A stretch of 64,000 bases of DNA from Spirochaetia bacterium. Lineage in GTDB: Bacteria; Spirochaetota; Spirochaetia; SZUA-6; Bin103. The stretch is from contig OZ241907.1 of the NCBI GenBank assembly GCA_965203515.1, positions 416,001 through 480,000 on the forward strand, written 5' to 3'. The position numbers and the translations under genes were made by a program. Positions 1 to 9,834 of this stretch are shown piece by piece. The stretch's first letter is position 1. Each line of letters opens with the position of its first letter. The notes under the pieces were generated by a model. That model saw only the letters and a program-made list of their open reading frames with translations. It had not been told where the DNA came from and searched no databases.

Positions 1-3000
1 GGCATCTCCGGCGACGCGGCGCGCGATCTGCTGGCGTTCTGGCGGACCGCGGCGCCGGATACCGGGGCGTTGCGCCACGACTTCACCGACTCCGAATGGG
101 ACACCCGCTTCCTGGGCGACCTGTACCAGGACCTGTCCGACGACGCCAAGAAGCGCTACGCGCTGTTGCAGACGCCGGAGTTCGTCGAGGAGTTCATCCT
201 GGACCGCACGCTCACGCCGGCGCTCGACGAGTTCGGGCTGGCCGCGGTCCGCCTCATCGATCCGGCCTGCGGGTCCGGACACTTCCTGCTCGGCGCGTTC
301 CACCGGCTGCTGCGCCAGTGGTTCGACCGCGAGCCCGGCACGCCGGAGCGGGTGCTGGCGCAGCGCGCGCTGGCCGCCGTGCACGGCGTCGACATCAACC
401 CGTTCGCGGCGGCGATCGCGCGCTTCCGGCTGCTGGTGGCGGCGCTGCAGGCGAGCCGCATCGAGCGCCTGCGAGACGCGCCGGCGTTCACGATCAACGT
501 GGCCGTCGGCGACAGTCTGCTCCACGGCCGGCGCTTCGGCGAGCTGGACCTGGGCAGCGGCGCGGAACAGCACGACCTCACCGGCCAGGCCGAGTTCTCG
601 CACGCCTTCCAGGCCGAGGACCTCGACGCCCTGAACCGCATCCTCGGCCGGCAGTATCACGTAGTGGTCGGGAATCCGCCCTACATCACCGTGAAGGACA
701 AGGCGGTCAACCAGTTGTACCGAGCGCGCTACTCGACCTGCCACCGGCAGTATTCGCTCGCGGTGCCATTCACCGAACGCATCTTCGGTCTGGCGTTACG
801 GGACGACGACTCGCGACGCGCCGGCTACATTGGGATGATCACGGCGAATTCCTTCATGAAGCGCGAGTTCGGGAAGAAGCTGATCGAGTCCTTCCTGCCG
901 GGCGTTGACCTGACCCATGTACTCGATACCTCTGGAGCTTACATCCCCGGCCACGGAACACCCACGGTGATCCTTCTTGGACGCCATCGTCCGCCGCTTG
1001 GCGACGTAGTTCGAACTGTCATCGGCATTCGCGGCGAGCCGAAAACACCAGATGATGCATCATTGGGGCATGTCTGGTCCAACATTGTTTCTCAAGTAGA
1101 CGACCGACTGACGCGCAGCGAGTGGGTCAGCTCAGAAGACGTGCCGCGAAATAAATTTTCAGTGTATCCATGGAGAATTAGTGGTGGATGGGCCGAACAT
1201 ATTCTCGAATGTATCGATAATAAAAGCGTGACTATACTCGGAAAAATTGCTACGGTAGTAGGTCGAATGACTCACACCGGTGAGGATAGTGCATTCTACT
1301 TCCCGGTAGACAACGGAACCGCGATAGAGGCGTTAGATAGTAGTTTCTCGATTTCCCTTGTCACCGGCGAAGATGTTAGAAACTGGATGCTCATGCCATC
1401 GGTTGTTTCTATATTTCCTTATGAGAACGTAGAGTCGGTATCCTGGAATAGACTTCCACGGGCGATCCAACAACATTTCTGGCGCTTGCGGGCGACCTTG
1501 AGGTCACGGCAGGACTATGGTGAGTTCATCGAACGACGAGGACTGAGATGGTATGAGCACTCGATGTTCTTCAAACGTCGTTACCGTATTCCACTATCAA
1601 TAGCCTTTGCATTCGTTGCTACTCACAATCACTTCGTACTCGACCGAGGTGGAAAGGTGTTCAACCGTTCCGCTCCGGTCATCAAGCTGCCGGACGACGC
1701 AACCGAAGCAGATCACCTGGCGCTTGTCGGCTTGCTCAACAGTTCCGCGGCGTGCTTCTGGATGAAACAGGTGCTGCATGACAAGGGTGGTTCCGGATCC
1801 TGGGAGCGACGTTTCGAACATTCGTGTACAGCCATCCAGCGGGTCCCGCTTCCACCAGATCGGCCAGCGGACATCGCAGAGCAAATAGATCGTCTTGCCG
1901 CGGAACGCCAGTCTCATCTACCGACGCAACTTACCGACCGCCTGCCTCTGACGCCGACTGAGCTGGATGCCCACCGCGACGCTGCGGCTTCTCTGCTGGC
2001 GCGCATGATCGCCCTGCAGGAGGAACTCGACTGGGAATGCTACCGCCTCTACGGCGTCATCGACGAAGATTGCCGGTACGCCGTCGGCACCGGCGACCGT
2101 TCCGAACCGCCGCCGCTGGCGCTGGGCGAGCGCGCGTTCGAGATCGTCATGGCGCGGCGGATGGCGGCGGGCGAACTGGAAACCCGGTGGTTCGAGCGCC
2201 ACGGTTCCACGCCGCTCACCGAAGTGCCGGCCCATTGGCCGGAAGACTACCGCGCCCTCGTCGCGCGGCGCATCGAGCTGATCGGCTCCGACCGCTTCAT
2301 CGGCCTGCTCGAAAAGCCGGAGTACAAGCGCCGATGGAACACCGAACCGTGGCCGGATCAGGAACGGCGCGCCCTCCGCGCCTGGCTCCTCGACCGGCTG
2401 GAGTCGCCCGCCTACTGGCCGGAACCCCGGCTCACCACCGTCCGCGAGCTCGCCGCACGGGCGGCCGCGGATGCCGACTTTCAGCAGGTCGCCGCCCACT
2501 TCTCCGCACGCGCCTACGGCGACCTCGACGCGCTGGTCGCCGAGCTGGTCGATGCCGAAAGCGTGCCGGCGCTGCCGATACAGCGGTACAAGCCCTCCGG
2601 CCTCGCCAAGCGCGCCGACTGGGAGGCGGTCTGGGCAGCGCAGCGGCGCGAGGACGAAATCGACGCCGAAACGGCCGGCGCGACCCCTCGACCAGCCGGC
2701 GAGACCGAAGATCACCATGCCGCCCGCCTCAAGGCTGAACAGGACCGCCGCAAGCGGGACGAGCTCGGAGACCTGGTCCCGCCGCCCAAGTACCGCTCGG
2801 CCGACTTTCTGAAAGCCAGCTACTGGCGCCTGCGCGGCGCCCTCGACGTGCCGAAGGAGCGCTTCGTCAGCCTGCCGGACATGAGCCGCGACAGCGATCC
2901 CACGCTCCTGGTCGGCTGGGCCGGTTGGGACCCGCCGACCCTCTGCCAAGCGGTGGCCACGTACTACACCGACGCCAACGAGCGCGACGGTTGGAGCGCC

Positions 3001-3192
3001 GCCCGCCTCACCCCGCTGCTGGCGGTGATCCGGGAGCGCCTGCCCTGGCTCAAGCAGTGGCACAACGACATCGACGAGAAATACCAGCAGCGCCTGGGCG
3101 ATCTCTACGAAGCGTTCGTCCGCGCGCAACTCGCGCAGCTCGATCTGGCCGAGGACGATCTGCGGCAGTGGGCGCCGCCGGGGCGGTCCTGA
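1..3192 (+). CDS. pglX: BREX type 2 / Pgl adenine methyltransferase PglX (5' end outside window)
   Basis: Frame is open from base 1 ([14 protein letters not shown]...). Motifs [40 protein letters not shown] (SAM binding), VVGNPPY (catalytic), [17 protein letters not shown] and [11 protein letters not shown]. pglY and pglZ lie downstream. Confidence 0.9.
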   Translation, partial: GISGDAARDLLAFWRTAAPDTGALRHDFTDSEWDTRFLGDLYQDLSDDAKKRYALLQTPEFVEEFILDRTLTPALDEFGLAAVRLIDPACGSGHFLLGAFHRLLRQWFDREPGTPERVLAQRALAAVHGVDINPFAAAIARFRLLVAALQASRIERLRDAPAFTINVAVGDSLLHGRRFGELDLGSGAEQHDLTGQAEFSHAFQAEDLDALNRILGRQYHVVVGNPPYITVKDKAVNQLYRARYSTCHRQYSLAVPFTERIFGLALRDDDSRRAGYIGMITANSFMKREFGKKLIESFLPGVDLTHVLDTSGAYIPGHGTPTVILLGRHRPPLGDVVRTVIGIRGEPKTPDDASLGHVWSNIVSQVDDRLTRSEWVSSEDVPRNKFSVYPWRISGGWAEHILECIDNKSVTILGKIATVVGRMTHTGEDSAFYFPVDNGTAIEALDSSFSISLVTGEDVRNWMLMPSVVSIFPYENVESVSWNRLPRAIQQHFWRLRATLRSRQDYGEFIERRGLRWYEHSMFFKRRYRIPLSIAFAFVATHNHFVLDRGGKVFNRSAPVIKLPDDATEADHLALVGLLNSSAACFWMKQVLHDKGGSGSWERRFEHSCTAIQRVPLPPDRPADIAEQIDRLAAERQSHLPTQLTDRLPLTPTELDAHRDAAASLLARMIALQEELDWECYRLYGVIDEDCRYAVGTGDRSEPPPLALGERAFEIVMARRMAAGELETRWFERHGSTPLTEVPAHWPEDYRALVARRIELIGSDRFIGLLEKPEYKRRWNTEPWPDQERRALRAWLLDRLESPAYWPEPRLTTVRELAARAAADADFQQVAAHFSARAYGDLDALVAELVDAESVPALPIQRYKPSGLAKRADWEAVWAAQRREDEIDAETAGATPRPAGETEDHHAARLKAEQDRRKRDELGDLVPPPKYRSADFLKASYWRLRGALDVPKERFVSLPDMSRDSDPTLLVGWAGWDPPTLCQAVATYYTDANERDGWSAARLTPLLAVIRERLPWLKQWHNDIDEKYQQRLGDLYEAFVRAQLAQLDLAEDDLRQWAPPGRS

Positions 3193-3193
3193 A

Positions 3194-6100
3194 ATGCCCG
3201 CCATCCTGCCGCGGCCTCTCGACCAAAAGTGGAAGCAGCGGCTCGATCTCACCACGCGCACGGCGCCCGAACTCTACGAGGACGCCGCCGCCGTAACGGA
3301 CACCCCGCACGCCCGCGCGATACGCACCACCTTTCGGGACTTGCGCGCGTCCGCCGTGTTCTGCACGCACGGCGTGCCGGCGGTCGTCATCCTGTCGGTC
3401 GAAGCCTACGACCGCAGCGCCGTGATCGACCTGCATGCGAAGCTGTGGAACCAGGGCCTCGCCCACCTGCTCCTCGTCATCGCCGGCAACACGGTACGAG
3501 CCTTTTCGCTGGCGCGCATCCCGCGCCGGGGGAGCGACGAAGATTTTGACGCCCGCTGCCTCGCCTGGGAGCTGGACGCGGTCCGTCAAGCTCTCGAAGT
3601 CAACGACCTCATCCATGGCGCCGAATCCGGCCGCCTCTGGGAGCATCCCAAGTTCCGACCGGACGAACGGATCGACCAAGTGCTCCTGGACAACCTGAAG
3701 AATTCGCATACGCGGCTGCTGAGCGGCATGTCTCCGGCCGCGGCCCAGGCACTGCTCATCCAGTCGATGTTCATCGCGTACCTGGAGGACCGGCAGATCG
3801 TCAGCCCCGATTATCTGCGGGCTGCCACCGGCGGCCGCGCGACCAGCTTTCTGGACATCCTGAAGTCGGGAAGCGTGGCCGCGCTCGATCGCCTCTTCGA
3901 GCGGTTGCGAGACGATTTCAATGGCGACCTCTTCATCGCGCCGTGCTCTTTCGCGGAGGCCGATCGTCATCCGCCTCCCGAACCTCGCCATCTGGAGATT
4001 CTGTCCCGCTTCCGTTCCGGTGAACAGGAGATGGGCAGCGGGCAGTATCGCTTCTGGGGGTATGACTTCAAGTACATGCCCATCGAGTTGATAAGCGCCG
4101 TCTACGACCGGTTCCTGGGCGGTCTGGGAACGGAACGGCGCGGCCGCGGCGCCTACTACACGCCGCGCTTCGTCGCGGACCTGGTGATCTCTCAGATCGC
4201 CGACAAGCTGCCGAGCGAGAAGCTACCCGACCTGCGATTTCTGGACCCGGCGTGCGGGTCGGGTATATTTCTCGTGCGCTGCTTCCAGCTCCTCTGCGAG
4301 CGGCGCCGGCGCGCAACCGAACGCTCCCAAAGGATCACCTGGGAATCCCTGCTTGCGATACTTTCCAGATTGGAAGGATGGGACATCGACAAGAGGGCCG
4401 TGCGGGTGGCAGTGTTTTCACTGTACGTAGCCATGCTCGAAGAGGTGGAACCGCCTGACATCCAGGCGCTCATCGCGCGCGGCAATCTGCTTCCCGGATT
4501 ATGGGAGCGCACCCTTCGTGCGCGTGATTTCTTTACCGTCGATCCCGGTGATCCGGGCGCGCAGGCTGACGTCATCGTTGGCAACCCGCCATGGTCCAGC
4601 CGCCGCCAACCGGAGCGGCGCTCCATCGAGTGGTGCGCGACAGAAGGTCTCCCCATGCCGGGACGGGAAGAAGCGTGGGCGTTCGTCTGGAAGTCGCTGC
4701 GGCACCTGCGACCGGCGGGCGTCGCCGCGTTGCTCCTGCCGTCCATGGGGTTCCTGCACAACCATGCCGGCAGCGCGGTCAGGGCGCGAAAGCGCCTGCT
4801 GCGCGATGCCCGGATATTCCGCATCGTCAATCTGGCCGACTTGCGATTCCAGTTGTTCGATAGCGCGGTCCGGCCGGCCGCCCTGATCGTCTTCGGCCAC
4901 GCCGATCCGGAAGGGCGCCCCTATTCGCTCGAGTACTTGACACCGAAAGCCGACCTCAACCTGAAGAATCGCCGCTTGATCACGCTCAGCAGCGCTGACA
5001 AGCACGTGCTCACGTCGCCGGTGGTGGAAGATGATCCATCGATCTTCAAGCGCTTCATGTGGATAAGCGATCCTGAAGAAAAGCTGTTTCGCTATCTGTC
5101 CTCGCTGCCCCGTTTGCAGGATATTGTCAACGCTGGCGGCGCCTGGATGATCGGGCAGGGATTCCAACCACACAGAACAGGAGTACCTGTCACGAGCCGG
5201 CACGTCGGACGGATTCCCTATCTCCCGATCGAGCGATTCACCCCCTTCGTTCAACGGACCGACCATTTGTCCCCCTGGGATTCGAGTACGGTCCGTCGCA
5301 AGGGGTTCGAGCAAGGGTTCACCGGGCCGCGCGTCCTGATTCCAAAAGGAGCCATACATACGGATCAGCCGCGATTGCGCGCTGCCTACGTCGAAGAGCC
5401 TGTCACGTTTCAGGATGGCATTCGGGCCGTTGTCGTTCCGCGCGGTGACGAGCCTCGTGCGAAGCTGTTGACCGCGCTAATCAACAGCAGGATTGCGGTA
5501 TGGTTTGCGTTTCACGGTACGTCGTCCTTCGGGGCCGAGCGCCCGCAAATACAGCAAGATGAGTTGCTTCTTCTTCCGTTTCCCCGGCCTGACGACCTGC
5601 CGGAGAAGGCGCGGTCTCGGGCGGCCGCCGACAAGATGGTTTCGGTGATCGACGAGATGATGCGGTCGTCGCATGATCCGTTCGGCAGCACCGACGGCGC
5701 GGTCTTCGCGGAGATCGACCGCCTGGCATACGACTTCTTCGGTCTGACCGATGAGGAGATCCTCCTGGTCGAGGACACGGTGGCGCACGTCATCCCCGCC
5801 GTCCATCCGTCTCGCACCAGCGTTCCCGAAGTCTGGCGTTCCCCTACCTTGGAGGACCGCCGGCGCTACGCGCAGGCGCTGCTGCACCGTATGAGCGACT
5901 GGTTCGAAGGTGACTACACGGTAGCGGCGCGGCTCGAAGCGCATAATGATGACTTGGCGATCCTGCGCCTCACCCTGCAACGGGAGCATGAGGCGAGCGA
6001 GTACCACGAGGTGGAATCGTCACGGGTCAACGACGTCCTGGCGGACTTGGCCGCGCAGGTGGGCCGGCCCCTCGCCGGCAACTTTCAGTTGCTGCCCGAT

Positions 6101-6250
6101 TTTCGCCTCGTCACGGGCGACCATCTCTATCTCGTCAAGCCGGCGCAGAAGCGGTTCTGGCTGCGGTCGGCGGCCATTGCCGACGCCGACGCCATAGCGC
6201 TCGATCTACAGGACTCCGCCGCCGTCAGCGCCCGGCAGCGTGACGGCTGA
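3194..6250 (+). CDS. Large N6-adenine-type DNA methyltransferase (type IIG/Eco57I-like architecture)
   Basis: 1018 aa. Motifs IELISAVYDRFL, GAYYTPRFVAD, FLDPACGSGIFL and VIVGNPPW, with a TRD-like C-terminal half. Starts 1 nt after the pglX stop. Confidence 0.85.
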   Translation: MPAILPRPLDQKWKQRLDLTTRTAPELYEDAAAVTDTPHARAIRTTFRDLRASAVFCTHGVPAVVILSVEAYDRSAVIDLHAKLWNQGLAHLLLVIAGNTVRAFSLARIPRRGSDEDFDARCLAWELDAVRQALEVNDLIHGAESGRLWEHPKFRPDERIDQVLLDNLKNSHTRLLSGMSPAAAQALLIQSMFIAYLEDRQIVSPDYLRAATGGRATSFLDILKSGSVAALDRLFERLRDDFNGDLFIAPCSFAEADRHPPPEPRHLEILSRFRSGEQEMGSGQYRFWGYDFKYMPIELISAVYDRFLGGLGTERRGRGAYYTPRFVADLVISQIADKLPSEKLPDLRFLDPACGSGIFLVRCFQLLCERRRRATERSQRITWESLLAILSRLEGWDIDKRAVRVAVFSLYVAMLEEVEPPDIQALIARGNLLPGLWERTLRARDFFTVDPGDPGAQADVIVGNPPWSSRRQPERRSIEWCATEGLPMPGREEAWAFVWKSLRHLRPAGVAALLLPSMGFLHNHAGSAVRARKRLLRDARIFRIVNLADLRFQLFDSAVRPAALIVFGHADPEGRPYSLEYLTPKADLNLKNRRLITLSSADKHVLTSPVVEDDPSIFKRFMWISDPEEKLFRYLSSLPRLQDIVNAGGAWMIGQGFQPHRTGVPVTSRHVGRIPYLPIERFTPFVQRTDHLSPWDSSTVRRKGFEQGFTGPRVLIPKGAIHTDQPRLRAAYVEEPVTFQDGIRAVVVPRGDEPRAKLLTALINSRIAVWFAFHGTSSFGAERPQIQQDELLLLPFPRPDDLPEKARSRAAADKMVSVIDEMMRSSHDPFGSTDGAVFAEIDRLAYDFFGLTDEEILLVEDTVAHVIPAVHPSRTSVPEVWRSPTLEDRRRYAQALLHRMSDWFEGDYTVAARLEAHNDDLAILRLTLQREHEASEYHEVESSRVNDVLADLAAQVGRPLAGNFQLLPDFRLVTGDHLYLVKPAQKRFWLRSAAIADADAIALDLQDSAAVSARQRDG

Positions 6251-6252
6251 AG

Positions 6253-6879
6253 ATGATCGGTGACCCTGCGGCATGGCTGCGCCGATACCGGTCGCTGGAC
6301 CAGCGCGTGATGGCGCTTGTCGCAACGATCTGGCCACGATGCATCGCTGACCTTCCGGTACAGCCGGACGAGGACACCATAACCATACAGCTCGTGGACG
6401 CGCTGTCGCGCGATCCGGGAGCGCGGCGTCTGGGTGTCATCGAATACCAGTTCGAGCCGTTCGGACACCGTCCCGACGGCATCGCCTATAGCAAGGGCAA
6501 GATAGACATGGCGGTGCTGCTCGATCGGACTCGCCGGCGGTATCTTGCGTACGAATGTAAGCGTCTGAACGTCAAACGAGACGGCAGACGGCTGTCGCTG
6601 GCGACGCAGTACGTGATGGAAGGACTCCACCGGTTCATTACTGAGCAGTACGCGGAGGGGCTTCCCGTAGGGTGCATGCTTGGCTACGTCATGGATGGAG
6701 ACGTACCGTTCGCACGCGCGAAGGTCATCGAGGCGTTGGAACGAAAGAAGCAGGAGGTCGGCTTCGTCGGGGTGTCGCGCCCGCCGGTAACGCCGCCTTC
6801 GGCGGAGGGATTCGTGAGTGACCATGTTCGGTGTAATTGCACGACGATCGAGATACGTCACACGATGCTGCCGTTCTGA
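6253..6879 (+). CDS. Hypothetical protein, putative PD-(D/E)xK nuclease fold
   Basis: 208 aa. E..I near the N-terminus, then GKIDMAV...YLAYECKRL, which resembles the D...ExK restriction-endonuclease motif. Starts 2 nt after the methyltransferase stop. Confidence 0.6.
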   Translation: MIGDPAAWLRRYRSLDQRVMALVATIWPRCIADLPVQPDEDTITIQLVDALSRDPGARRLGVIEYQFEPFGHRPDGIAYSKGKIDMAVLLDRTRRRYLAYECKRLNVKRDGRRLSLATQYVMEGLHRFITEQYAEGLPVGCMLGYVMDGDVPFARAKVIEALERKKQEVGFVGVSRPPVTPPSAEGFVSDHVRCNCTTIEIRHTMLPF

Positions 6880-6911
6880 CGAATCGATCTCTGAATGGAG
6901 GTAAATGAGCT

Positions 6912-8582
6912 ATGGCTGACGAGATGAATCAGATGGAGTTCGAGCGACTCGGAATCGGCAGCGTTCTGCGAAGGTCGCGTCTCTTCGTTCCGCCCAACCA
7001 GCGGGAATACGCATGGACCGAGCGCGAGGTGTCGACGCTCTTCCGGGACTATGGACGAGCGGTCGAAGACGGGTCCCCATATTTTCTTGGCACCATCGTT
7101 ACCATATCGAGACCGGATGGCATGCTCGAAGTGGTGGACGGGCAACAGCGTCTTGCCACTACGTCGCTTCTCCTTGCCGCCATCCGGGATCATCTGGACG
7201 ACGACATGATCTCCGAGTCGATCAACAGCGACTTCCTCATCAGTATAGATTGGGCAAAGCGGGTGCGAGTCCCCAAGCTGCGGTTGAACGTCGACGACAA
7301 CGAGCTGTTCGAGCGCATCATCACCGGGTCCCCGTCCGGCGCGGCTCCGAAGACCAGGGAATCGCATGCGCGTCTGCGAACCGCGTACCGGATCGCCAGC
7401 GAGCACGTGAGAAAGATCGCGAAGCCGTGGGACCCGTGGGACCACCGCAACATCTTCAGCGATTGGGTTTCGTTCGTCGATCAGCGTGCCTTTGTCGTTC
7501 TCATCCGCATGTCGAACGACGCGCACGCGTACCGCATGTTCGAGACGCTCAACGACAGAGGCTTGCGCACTTCTCAAGCTGATCTGATAAAGAACTTTCT
7601 GTTCAGTCGGTCGGTCGACCGGGTGCAGGAGATACGGCACCGATGGCATCACATGCGGGGCGCGCTCGAGACGCTGGGCGATGACGACGTCACGGTGGAG
7701 TTCTTGCGCGCGGCGGTCATCGTGACTCGCGGCCACACCAGGGAATCGCAAGTCTACGAATCGGTTCAGAACATCGCCAAGACCGAAAACATGGCGCTGG
7801 GATTCGCATCTACGATAGAACGTCTGGCTCACGCGTACGTGGCGACGTTCATCAGTTCGCATGAGAGATGGAATGGGTGTCCGCAGGGTGTCAGGAACGC
7901 GATAGACGTGCTCGATCTGCTGGACGTACGGGCCATGCGTCCGCTGCTGCTTGCCGCGGCCGGCAGGTTCTCTCGCAAGGAATTGGCGGCCGCCTTTCGA
8001 TTTGCCGTCGCTTTGAGCGTTCGGCTTGTCGTTACCGTTGCCCCGCAGGGCGCGTCGGTTGAGATGCCGCTGGCGCAAGTTGCGAACCTTGTCTACAGAC
8101 GGGAGATCGAGACCACCGATTCCTTGAAAAGAGAGCTGAACGGCATCATACCGTCGGACGAAGAATTCCGGGCGGCCTTCGAGACCGCCCGAGTGCCGAG
8201 GGCGGGCTTGGCGCGGTACTACCTCCGGTCGTTGGAGCGGGCGGCGAACGAGGAGTCCGAGCCGTGGTACTTGCCCAACGAAGACTCGTCGATCATCAAC
8301 CTGGAGCATGTCCTCCCCAAGAAGCCGGAAGACAAGTGGCCACAGTTCAGCGACGACGAAGCGGCGATGTACGTCGATCGCCTCGGCAATCAGGTGTTGC
8401 TGCGAGCGAGCGAGAACGCGGCGGTGGGAAACGCCGGATTCGCGGACAAGCGGCCCCTCTACGAGGAGTCGCCGTACCGGTTGACGAAGATGATCGCGGA
8501 GGCGGCGGACTGGACCCCGGAGCAGGTGATCGCGCGGCAGAAGCGGCTTGCCGAGCTGGCGCTCACCGCGTGGCCGATCTAG
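6912..8582 (+). CDS. GmrSD-family DUF262 + DUF1524(HNH) protein (type IV restriction-like)
   Basis: DUF262 motifs QREYAW, VDGQQRLAT and FETLNDRG. C-terminal NLEHVLPK...RLGNQVLL..SEN (HNH). GGAGG lies upstream. Confidence 0.88.
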   Translation: MADEMNQMEFERLGIGSVLRRSRLFVPPNQREYAWTEREVSTLFRDYGRAVEDGSPYFLGTIVTISRPDGMLEVVDGQQRLATTSLLLAAIRDHLDDDMISESINSDFLISIDWAKRVRVPKLRLNVDDNELFERIITGSPSGAAPKTRESHARLRTAYRIASEHVRKIAKPWDPWDHRNIFSDWVSFVDQRAFVVLIRMSNDAHAYRMFETLNDRGLRTSQADLIKNFLFSRSVDRVQEIRHRWHHMRGALETLGDDDVTVEFLRAAVIVTRGHTRESQVYESVQNIAKTENMALGFASTIERLAHAYVATFISSHERWNGCPQGVRNAIDVLDLLDVRAMRPLLLAAAGRFSRKELAAAFRFAVALSVRLVVTVAPQGASVEMPLAQVANLVYRREIETTDSLKRELNGIIPSDEEFRAAFETARVPRAGLARYYLRSLERAANEESEPWYLPNEDSSIINLEHVLPKKPEDKWPQFSDDEAAMYVDRLGNQVLLRASENAAVGNAGFADKRPLYEESPYRLTKMIAEAADWTPEQVIARQKRLAELALTAWPI

Positions 8583-8584
8583 CC

Positions 8585-8983
8585 TTACCGCGTGATCAGA
8601 TCTACCTGCGCCAAAAATTCGTCGGCGGTGCGGCATTGCACCAGCCGGTCACCGATATCGGCCAGTTGATCCGGGTCCGCGATGGTGGCCAGCAGAGCCG
8701 CCAAACGCTCCCGTGTCTCCGCCCCGAACCGCAACGCTGCCATACGGCAGAGCAGCGCTCGTTCGTGTTCGAGGCCCTGCTCAAGGCCCTGCTCAAGGCC
8801 CTGCTCAAGGCCCTGCTCAATACCCTGCTCAATACCCTGCTCAATACCCTGCTCAAGGCCCTGCTCAATACCCTGCTCAATACCCTGCTCAATACCCTGC
8901 TCAATACCCTGCTCGATACCCTGCTCACGGCCTTCCCGCATCCACTGCGCGGGCCACTCCTTCAAGCGTTCTTGCAGCGTCAT
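8585..8983 (-). CDS. Putative internally initiated small Rpn C-terminal protein (RpnS-like, 132 aa)
   Basis: In-frame ATG at 8983 (MTLQERLKEW...) preceded by GGAGGAGG at 5-nt spacing on the minus strand. Confidence 0.6.
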   Translation of the reverse strand: MTLQERLKEWPAQWMREGREQGIEQGIEQGIEQGIEQGIEQGLEQGIEQGIEQGIEQGLEQGLEQGLEQGLEHERALLCRMAALRFGAETRERLAALLATIADPDQLADIGDRLVQCRTADEFLAQVDLITR

Positions 8984-9712
8984 CCGTACCTCCTCCAGAC
9001 TGTCCATCGCCGGCAGCTCCTCACCGGCCGGCTTGACCTGCTCCATCGAACTCGTCAGCCAGTCGATGAACACCCGTCGCAGCTCGACGTTCTCCGACCC
9101 CTCCAGCCGTTCCGGCAGCGCGTTTGCTACCCGCATCAGGTCCGCCGGCGTGCGGCTCTGCTCCAACCCGATCACCGCCCCCATCAGATTGCCGCTCGGC
9201 ACCGCGTCCGCCGCTACGTGCTGCTCCTCGATCACCAGGTAACGCTGCGCTGGTTGGTACGGCGCCAGATCCTCCTCGACCGGATCGATCAGTTCGCCGA
9301 TCTCCTGCGGCGCCCGCCACCGCGGCGTGCCGTTGTAGAGCACGATGGGCAGCACCGCCGGCAGCGCCTCGCGCGCCTCCGGCGCCGCGTTGCGCACCAG
9401 TTCCTGGTACAGCAGGCCGGTGTAGATCAGAATGCGCAGCGCCATGTAGTAATCGTCGCGCGACTGGAACTCCAGGAGCAACAGCAGGTAGGCCCAACCG
9501 CTGGGCACGCGCAGCCGCCACACGGTGTCGCCGTGGCGTTTGAGCAGCTCGTCGCTGACGTAATCTGACGACAGCTTCTGCAGCGTCGAGAAGTCGGCGG
9601 CGCCGAGTTGACTGACGAAGGCGCGTACCAAGTCCTCGACCATGAGCGGGAAGGCGAACAGCTTCTTGTACTGCTCATCGTACCTGGGGCGCGCCTCGTG
9701 TGCCGATCCCAT
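8585..9712 (-). CDS. Rpn / YhgA-like recombination-promoting nuclease (PD-(D/E)xK transposase-like family)
   Basis: Motifs D..YKKLF, RHGDTVWRL, YLLLLLEFQS, MALRIL.Y and LPAVLPIVLYNG, plus an EQG-repeat C-terminus. Start placed at ATG 9712 because an extended -10 lies 7 nt upstream (ORF track gives 9721). Confidence 0.88.
   Translation of the reverse strand: MGSAHEARPRYDEQYKKLFAFPLMVEDLVRAFVSQLGAADFSTLQKLSSDYVSDELLKRHGDTVWRLRVPSGWAYLLLLLEFQSRDDYYMALRILIYTGLLYQELVRNAAPEAREALPAVLPIVLYNGTPRWRAPQEIGELIDPVEEDLAPYQPAQRYLVIEEQHVAADAVPSGNLMGAVIGLEQSRTPADLMRVANALPERLEGSENVELRRVFIDWLTSSMEQVKPAGEELPAMDSLEEVRMTLQERLKEWPAQWMREGREQGIEQGIEQGIEQGIEQGIEQGLEQGIEQGIEQGIEQGLEQGLEQGLEQGLEHERALLCRMAALRFGAETRERLAALLATIADPDQLADIGDRLVQCRTADEFLAQVDLITR
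8771..8926. repeat. 13 x 12-bp tandem repeat encoding EQGI/EQGL
   Basis: Units aataccctgctc / aaggccctgctc counted directly, with single-base variants at both ends. Confidence 0.97.
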
Positions 9713-9719
9713 CCTCGGC

Positions 9720-9728
9720 ATCGTAGCA
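9720..9728 (-). promoter_or_regulatory. Extended -10 (TGcTACGAT) for a probable leaderless Rpn transcript
   Basis: TGn-TAnnnT lies 7 nt upstream of ATG 9712. Confidence 0.5.
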
Positions 9729-9834
9729 CAGGGACTGCCCCCGGTCCCTGGCGCTCCCGGCGGTTGCTGTTTGCCGTCACGCTCTCAGGGTGAGCGGACC
9801 GGCGGGCGGTATGGCATTATCTTGGCGCGGACGC

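Noticed and set aside
1..3192. Phase-variable poly-G tract in pglX as in Streptomyces Pgl
   Set aside because: No long homopolymer found in the visible part. The 5' end is outside the window.
8771..8926. Possible CRISPR array
   Set aside because: Contiguous 12-bp units without spacers, in frame inside a CDS, and no cas genes in the window.
8585..9721. Rpn gene as an IS element
   Set aside because: No terminal inverted repeats or target duplication seen. The family's transposase label is not evidence of mobility.
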